Shown: piece by piece, positions 57,908 to 64,000 of the stretch | How the letters are laid out: each line of letters starts with the position of its first letter | How positions within the stretch are numbered: position 1 is the first letter of the stretch | Source of the DNA: Nitrososphaerota archaeon | GTDB taxonomy: Archaea; Thermoproteota; EX4484-205; JAAOZP01 | DNA: 64,000 bases | Direction of reading: 5' to 3' | Assembly: GCA_011605725.1 (NCBI GenBank) | Contig: JAAOZP010000017.1 | Coordinates: 192,001-256,000 of the forward strand | Notes under the pieces: model-generated | Told to the model about the DNA's origin: nothing | Database searches by the model: none | What the model saw: only the letters and a program-made list of their open reading frames with translations | Made by a program: the position numbers and the translations under genes

Positions 57908-59578
57908 TTGGCCGGCGTCACGTCTGACACTCCTGTTTCAGAATTAAGGCAGACGGGTGTGGAGAAGGGTTTCAGTTTTTCCTCAATACTTAAGTCTCGT
58001 AGAAAGATATTGTTTCTAAGCCTCATAATCATCCTGCTTTTCTCCACCGCCGCTTATTTTATGATAGGATTTGCCACGAGGCCCAGCATGATAGGGGTTT
58101 TAGAAGTTAAGGGGGCGCTGCTCACAGAGGACCAGGCCACCCTATATTCTCGAGCCATAATGGAGGCTATGTTGAACGAAAGCATACGGGGGGTAGTGCT
58201 TAAAGTGGATTCCCCAGGCGGTTACGCCGACTTGGTTGAGCAGGTTTACCTAGGCCTTCTGGAGCTTAAAAGCAGGAAGCCGCTTGTCGCCTCAATAACA
58301 ATGGCCCTGTCGGGCGGATACTATGTTTCTGTCTCATCAGACTACATTTATGCACATCCGAGCTCAATGGTTGGGAACATCGGAGTCATAGGAGTTGGCC
58401 CCCAGATCCTAGTGCCATCGGAAACAGTTCTGGAAACCGGTGTGCACAAGGTGACTGGATACTCGAGACTACTGTTTCCCTTCAACTTGAGCCGGGCCCT
58501 CGACAATTTTGTTAACGCTGTTGAGCGTGGAAGGAGAGGAAGGCTTAGGCTTCCGCCTAACGTGCTTCGCAGGGGCTCCATATACATGGGGAGCGAGGCC
58601 TTGGAGGCTGGGCTTGTAGACGAACTGGGCACGGTTGAAAATGCTCTTAAGAGAGTTGCTCAAGAGGCGGGAATCGTTAAGTACTCCGTCGTCGACCTAG
58701 TGGAATCAGTGAAGAACAAGCTTACTATGATGAAGCCCGGAGTTGAGGAACAGGATTCCTGGGTTAACCTGACGGTGGCTAAGCTGAACGAGATTCACCC
58801 CCCGCCCTCGATCTATTATCTTTACCTACCTACTAATGCTTCACCATACTCTTCACTAACTATTACTCAAACTTTCGGCGGATGGGTTGGCGGAGAAGGC
58901 AGGGGCCTAGTTCTAGTAGACAAGTCGCACGGCAACCTAGTCTCCTACTGGGACCTAGAGGTTTTAGCAAGGGAGCTCGTGTTAAGGAACACGAGCATCT
59001 CCTTCGCAACGAGCTGGAGCTCGCTTGAATCTAAGCTTGACTCGGCTGCAGCAGTAATAATAGCTGCTCCAACAATGGAATACTCTGAGGAGCAGGTTAA
59101 GAGATTGAGGAGCTTCGTGGAGACAGGGAAGACGCTGGTGATAATGTATGACCCTGCGGAGGAATACGTTAGGATTCCGGATCTAACATGGCCGGTTAAC
59201 TCTCTCTCAACACGCTTCGGCATCTTCTTCAACAGCGGCTACCTTTATGATGAGGAGAAGTACTTCGGCATGTATAGAAACATATATGTTAAAGACTTCC
59301 TGAATCATACGCTAACCATCAATGTCTCAAGAATAGTTCTTTTCACCCCAACCAGTATTTGTTCAGCCGGCAAAGGCGTCGCCTGGACTTTTAACACCAC
59401 TTTCTCATCGGTAGCTGAACGGGCAAACAAGTATGAAGTTATTAGCGTTGTTAACCTGAACGGGGTTGTTATAGCTATCGGTGACCTAACTTTCATGCAG
59501 GAGCCGTACTGCTACGTTGAGGACAATTATAAGCTTTTGCAAAACCTGGTCTACATAATGACTTCCAGAGTGAAATAA
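57908..59578 (+). CDS. S49 (SppA-like) membrane peptidase fused to a C-terminal GATase-like/DUF4350-type domain
   Basis: N-terminal TM, VDSPGG, ALSGGYY, GNIGV, GLVDELG; second domain VLVDKSHGN...LRSFVETG. Confidence 0.82.
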   Translation: MAGVTSDTPVSELRQTGVEKGFSFSSILKSRRKILFLSLIIILLFSTAAYFMIGFATRPSMIGVLEVKGALLTEDQATLYSRAIMEAMLNESIRGVVLKVDSPGGYADLVEQVYLGLLELKSRKPLVASITMALSGGYYVSVSSDYIYAHPSSMVGNIGVIGVGPQILVPSETVLETGVHKVTGYSRLLFPFNLSRALDNFVNAVERGRRGRLRLPPNVLRRGSIYMGSEALEAGLVDELGTVENALKRVAQEAGIVKYSVVDLVESVKNKLTMMKPGVEEQDSWVNLTVAKLNEIHPPPSIYYLYLPTNASPYSSLTITQTFGGWVGGEGRGLVLVDKSHGNLVSYWDLEVLARELVLRNTSISFATSWSSLESKLDSAAAVIIAAPTMEYSEEQVKRLRSFVETGKTLVIMYDPAEEYVRIPDLTWPVNSLSTRFGIFFNSGYLYDEEKYFGMYRNIYVKDFLNHTLTINVSRIVLFTPTSICSAGKGVAWTFNTTFSSVAERANKYEVISVVNLNGVVIAIGDLTFMQEPYCYVEDNYKLLQNLVYIMTSRVK

Positions 59579-59648
59579 GCCGCGCGCTGAAGGCGGTCAC
59601 GGAGCATGTTTAAACCCTTTTAAACGCGTACCATATTGAAGGCAAGGA

Positions 59649-60821
59649 TTATGTCACTATCTCTTCAAGCCTATCTTTTTCAGCAGCATACTTTATCTCC
59701 AGCATTGGAAGATCCATGGGGGTTTCAATCCTCTCTAAACCATATTCCTTCAGGAGACTGAGGTATTTTAACGTGAGCCTACGCATCTCAGGCGAAGTAG
59801 GCCCCACACAGGGGCAGCCGGGTATCCTTGGGCTAACGTCGAAAACATAAAAATCAAGCCTCTTCTGCTCAGGATCCTCAGCATCATACGCTATCGCGCC
59901 CTGCAGCGCGAATAGCCCTATCATTCCTGGCGGATACTCAGCCTCACATATCCTCCTGAATCTTTCCGCAGCCCTGTAGACAAGGGGTTTGAGAGATTCT
60001 CTCATCGTTAAGCCGTAGTGGCCAACCTCCTCATTCTTAATAGGCGTGTCGAGGGACATTTGGTCTCTGGCTGGAAGCCCAAGTATTCCGTGCAGGTTTG
60101 TCTGCTTCCTGTCGTCGAACCCGAGCAGGTCGAAGTCGTCGAAAACATCCTTCAAGGCCCATCCTTGGAAGTTAGCGTTAAACTTCTGACCCAGCACATA
60201 CTCCTCTATTCTGGCTTTCTCCAACCCTTCCTTGCTTATCACGTCCCTCTTAACAAGCTCCTCAGCCCTCCTGTAGTATTCCCCGGGTGAGGACGCGTAG
60301 AAGAACGCTCTTTCAAGCGGCTTCTTCTTCTGCTGAACCTTAACTATAACAAGCCTGTCAATCTCCTCAGGACTATTGAACTTCCGCGGCGTCTTTACCC
60401 CAGCTTTCTCGAGAAGCCAGTACTGATTCCTCTCCTCGTTACGCTCCTCAGCCCTCAGGATCATCCTGTTACCGTATATTGGAACAATAAGGTTGTTCTC
60501 AATATTGTCATACCCAACGTAGACGGAGAAAGACCTGTTCGGAATGAATATGGTGCTGAGGCTCCTCATCTTCTCCTGAACATCATCCCTAACAATGTCT
60601 GAAAACTTGTCAACCATTACCACGTGGTCGAAAAGATGCCTGTTATACTTCGCGTAGAGCTCCTCCCTGCCTTTCTGACATACAACGAGTGTTTTGAACC
60701 CTAAGGATTTAGCGGATATTCCCACTTCCTCCGCGGAATGCGAACCCAGTACGCCGATAGTAATATTCTTAGCATCGTATTTTGAAACAATACTCTGGAT
60801 TTCCCCTCTCTTAACCACCAT
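59649..60821 (-). CDS. PurP-like ATP-grasp protein (formate-AICAR ligase family paralog)
   Basis: GSHSA, IFIPNRSFSVY, ERAFF, NEEVGH, GLFALQ, FDVSPRIPG. Confidence 0.88.
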   Translation of the reverse strand: MVVKRGEIQSIVSKYDAKNITIGVLGSHSAEEVGISAKSLGFKTLVVCQKGREELYAKYNRHLFDHVVMVDKFSDIVRDDVQEKMRSLSTIFIPNRSFSVYVGYDNIENNLIVPIYGNRMILRAEERNEERNQYWLLEKAGVKTPRKFNSPEEIDRLVIVKVQQKKKPLERAFFYASSPGEYYRRAEELVKRDVISKEGLEKARIEEYVLGQKFNANFQGWALKDVFDDFDLLGFDDRKQTNLHGILGLPARDQMSLDTPIKNEEVGHYGLTMRESLKPLVYRAAERFRRICEAEYPPGMIGLFALQGAIAYDAEDPEQKRLDFYVFDVSPRIPGCPCVGPTSPEMRRLTLKYLSLLKEYGLERIETPMDLPMLEIKYAAEKDRLEEIVT

Positions 60822-60921
60822 TCTGCAGCACCACTATTCATACGTTGCTGCCAGCCTTAATATTTCTTCTTTTCCCCACCATATTTATCCTAAGCACGGT
60901 TCCCGCCTGGAGCTATTAGGG

Positions 60922-61461
60922 TCAGAGTTCAAGATACATTCTGATTACATCGTCATACCCCTCTCTTGTATGCGCCATTTTCGGTACGACTCCTGCTTCC
61001 CTAAACCCGATTTTCTCATATACGTGACGCGCTCTAGTATTTGTAGACAATACGTCCAGTATTAACAGTTTTAAGCCAGCTTTCCTCGCCTCCTCTATAA
61101 GAGTTTCCAACATCCTGGTTCCTATTCCCCTATCCCTATATTCTCTCGCAACAATAATCCCGAGAAGCCCCACGTGGCTTTGATGCCCTCCTAGCCTGTT
61201 TATCTCCGAGTTCCCGACAACTTTACCATTAACCTCTGCTACAACCATTATTGTTCTGCCTTTTTCTATATTCGATAAACGGCCAGCCAGCCACTCCGCC
61301 TCCTCCTCCCTCGTAATTATCCTGTCCATCGTGATGGGAGCTCCTTCTTCAACAAGCGAGTTGATAAGCTTCGTTAAGTCGTCGAGATCCTCCCATCTCG
61401 GGCTTCTCAAAACAACCTTAGAACCATTTTCCAAAAAGAATTCGCCATACACTTTTGCCAA
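60922..61461 (-). CDS. GNAT family N-acetyltransferase
   Basis: YRDRGIGTRML, NTRARHVYEKIGF. Confidence 0.9.
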   Translation of the reverse strand: MAKVYGEFFLENGSKVVLRSPRWEDLDDLTKLINSLVEEGAPITMDRIITREEEAEWLAGRLSNIEKGRTIMVVAEVNGKVVGNSEINRLGGHQSHVGLLGIIVAREYRDRGIGTRMLETLIEEARKAGLKLLILDVLSTNTRARHVYEKIGFREAGVVPKMAHTREGYDDVIRMYLEL

Positions 61462-61505
61462 ACCTCTTCCCCTGCATTCTGACCCCCATGTTTTTAAACT
61501 TCACA

Positions 61506-62501
61506 TTAACCCAGTATTTCTTCCAGCCTACCCTGCTCAATAGCCTCCCGTATCTCCAGGGCTATTCTCCTGCCCGTAGTCATAGGTATGCCGTGCTTCA
61601 GATAAGCATAAGGAGAGCCCTCCATAAATACGTTAGTGCCGGCAACTATCCTGGCTGAAATCTCGAAAACGTAGAATTTCAAGTCCGGTGTGACAACAGT
61701 CTCCAGGCAGAATGGCCCGAAAATGCCTGGCTCGCAGACTTCCCTAGAGGCTTCGACAACCCTCTGCCCCATTTTGAAAACCTCCGGCAGGAGTGATTCA
61801 CGCAGGAACAGTGGGAAATTCCCGACAATAGTGTAGGTCACGTCAATGCCCTCCTGCAGGCCGGCAGGAATCCTTGATATCGCGTCAACATTCGACTCGT
61901 ACCTTCTGTCGAAACCCATCAGCTCAAGCTCCCCCCTGATTACGGAGTAGAAGTAGTGAATGTAGACTGGGATGCCTACCACATACTCCTGGATGGAATA
62001 ATCCTTTAAGCCCCCTATCTTCTGGCGGAACTCCTCGCTGCTTCTCGCCAGAAAATACCCCTGCCCGCCTTTAGCGCCTTGAAACTTAACTATGCACAGC
62101 CCATCTATCTCATCAGGATCCTCATAGACCCTAGGAAGGTTAAGCCCAGCTTTCTCCAGCCATTTCCTCTGCCTATCCCTGTCGCTCTCCCATAGGAGGA
62201 TCCTCCTGTTACCGTAATAGGGGACCCTGATCTTCTCAACAGCATCCAGGCTCATGTATGCTATTAGGGACGCGTGGGGAACTAGGATTGCGTTCTCCCT
62301 TAGGAGCTCATCCTCCGCGGTGTGGAACTCGCTGTAAGAGGGGATCTCGACAACCCTGTCAGCGACTCTGAAATGACGGTATACGGAGCAATGCTCCTTT
62401 TTGCAAACAACTATCGTCCTGAAGCCCTCGTCCTTCCCTCCCCTGAGTATCTGAAGCGCTGAATGGCTTCCAAGGGTTGCGATGGTGTATTTACTCTTCA
62501 C
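61506..62501 (-). CDS. purP: Formate-dependent FAICAR synthetase
   Basis: TLGSHSALQI, GAKGGQGYF, DRRYESN, GPFCLE, FEISARIVAGTN; start probably GTG 62501. Confidence 0.92.
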   Translation of the reverse strand: MKSKYTIATLGSHSALQILRGGKDEGFRTIVVCKKEHCSVYRHFRVADRVVEIPSYSEFHTAEDELLRENAILVPHASLIAYMSLDAVEKIRVPYYGNRRILLWESDRDRQRKWLEKAGLNLPRVYEDPDEIDGLCIVKFQGAKGGQGYFLARSSEEFRQKIGGLKDYSIQEYVVGIPVYIHYFYSVIRGELELMGFDRRYESNVDAISRIPAGLQEGIDVTYTIVGNFPLFLRESLLPEVFKMGQRVVEASREVCEPGIFGPFCLETVVTPDLKFYVFEISARIVAGTNVFMEGSPYAYLKHGIPMTTGRRIALEIREAIEQGRLEEILG

Positions 62502-62774
62502 AAGCAGTTTAACGAAGCTCCCTAATTTTAAATCTTGCTTAGAAAACGAGTTGCGACGCGGGTCGGATAGCATGAATGCTTAAGCATTTTTAGAAGCTTA
62601 ACTGGCGAAGAGTCTGTAATGGTTTAGCTTTTTTCACTCCCTTTGACGCACGTATCTTCCTAATGTTTCGGAGAATCGCCCTTCACTGTTCTTTTTTCTG
62701 CATTACAGTAGATTTATAAATGAGCATTTTTCGTCTCACATAGTCTACTTAAAGGAGCACGAGAGGGATAAGCC

Positions 62775-64000
62775 ATGGAGTGGTTCCAGATAACGCCGAT
62801 AGCCGGCTTGGCTGCCGTGGGGTTGGCTGGCTACCTCTACAGGTACGTTGCGAAGGAGGAGAGCGGGACTGAAAGGATGAGGGAGATTGCGAACGCTATA
62901 AAGGAGGGTGCGAAAGCCTATCTTAAAAGACAGAATTTAACGCTGGCTGTTTTCGCACTGGTGATGGCGACTGTTCTCGGAGTGTTATACGCTTTCTCCC
63001 AGGCGAACTTTTACTATGGTTTGAGTGTTGCTGCAGCATATCTCCTCGGCTCGCTGTGCACAACCGTTGCCGCCTACGTCGGGATGATGGCTGCTGTCGA
63101 GGCGAACGTTAGAACAGCAAACGCTGCTAAACAGGGTTTGAAGAAGGCTTTTCCAGTTGCTTTCTACGGTGGTGCGGTCATGGGGCTGTTCGTCGTCGGC
63201 CTGGCTCTCCTAGGCATAAGCTTTCTCTTCTACCTTTATAACAGTGTCTTAGGCTGGAGTGCTTCAGATGCTTCGAACATTGTTCTAGGTTTCAGCTTTG
63301 GAGCCAGTGCCCTCGCGCTTTTCGCTAAGGCTGGTGGAGGAATATACACGAAGACGGCTGACATCAGCGCTGACCTCGTGGGGAAGGTTGAACTAGGGAT
63401 TCCTGAGGATGACCCTAGGAATCCAGCGGTTATCGCGGATAATGTTGGAGACAATGTTGGGGATGTTGCTGGAATGGGTGCCGACCTGGTTGACTCATAC
63501 ATAGCAAGCATTGTTGCAACCATGATCATCGGCTCAGAATTGGGTGAAAGCGTGTTGACAACGCTTCCACTGATGATAGCTGCCGTTGGGCTTTTCGCCT
63601 CGCTGATAGGTGTCCTCATAGTTAGGCAGAGCATAAGGGGGAACCCTGGTGCGGCGCTTAACAGGGGCTCGTTCGCCACATGGCTGGTCTTCGCAGTATT
63701 CCTCCTAGCCGTAACATATTTCTCAGGACTGGAGGGTAGCAGGTGGCTTGGAGTCTTCCTTCCAACAGCCGCGGGCTTAACAGCAGGAGTAATCATCGGA
63801 ATCACTTCCGACTACTTCACCTCCATAGACAGGATGCCGGCTCAGAAGGTGGCTCAGGCTTCGACAACCGGGGCTGCGATAAACATACTCACAGGCTTCT
63901 CCTACGGGATAATCAGCATAGTTCCCCCTGTAATAGGAATCTGCGCCGCTACTCTTGCAGCCTGGTACCTTGCTGAGGCCTTCGGCGTAAGCCCGTTCTA
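62775..64000 (+). CDS. hppA: Membrane-bound H+/Na+-translocating pyrophosphatase (truncated by window end)
   Basis: Not in the ORF track. Manual translation from ATG 62775 gives GTERMREIA..IKEGA, GGGIYTKTADISADLVGKVE.GIPEDDPRNPAVIADNVGDNVGD. Confidence 0.95.
   Translation, partial: MEWFQITPIAGLAAVGLAGYLYRYVAKEESGTERMREIANAIKEGAKAYLKRQNLTLAVFALVMATVLGVLYAFSQANFYYGLSVAAAYLLGSLCTTVAAYVGMMAAVEANVRTANAAKQGLKKAFPVAFYGGAVMGLFVVGLALLGISFLFYLYNSVLGWSASDASNIVLGFSFGASALALFAKAGGGIYTKTADISADLVGKVELGIPEDDPRNPAVIADNVGDNVGDVAGMGADLVDSYIASIVATMIIGSELGESVLTTLPLMIAAVGLFASLIGVLIVRQSIRGNPGAALNRGSFATWLVFAVFLLAVTYFSGLEGSRWLGVFLPTAAGLTAGVIIGITSDYFTSIDRMPAQKVAQASTTGAAINILTGFSYGIISIVPPVIGICAATLAAWYLAEAFGVSPF

Noticed and set aside
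63236-63976. Track ORFs 63236..63805 (-) and 63743..63976 (+)
   Set aside because: Antisense or out-of-frame shadows of hppA.

Overview
Gene-dense chromosomal window from a (hyper)thermophilic-type archaeon. Crenarchaeal-type SSB, IPK/GGPP synthase, PurP paralogs, AOR and HdrA, plus many TTG/GTG starts about 25-35 nt after TTTAAA/TTTATA boxes, suggest a TACK lineage such as Brockarchaeota/Bathyarchaeia; this is inference only. Most of the window is housekeeping and metabolism: Clp1-like kinase, glyA, acs, pgk, thiI, AlaX, ino1, a xylose-isomerase-like enzyme plus FGGY kinase, pdaD/speB, lysA, tldDE, two purP-family genes and hppA. Accessory or unusual parts: (1) a complete 11.5-kb archaeal type IV pilus locus with a ~1120-aa pilin-adhesin, a mosaic major pilin and a highly structured divergent promoter; (2) a tungsten AOR-ferredoxin-MoaD operon back-to-back with a polyferredoxin and an HdrA-MvhD fusion, with no HdrBC or hydrogenase in the window; (3) an unannotated 18-aa Lys-rich microprotein with its own promoter and terminator; (4) a catalytically degenerate SufS-like protein next to a frameshift-split Fe-S protein; (5) a wHTH-MNT/HEPN toxin-antitoxin islet, an acylphosphatase pseudogene and a coiled-coil repeat protein. 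No rRNA, tRNA, CRISPR array or transposase was recognised. All calls come from motif recognition by eye; no database searches were run.
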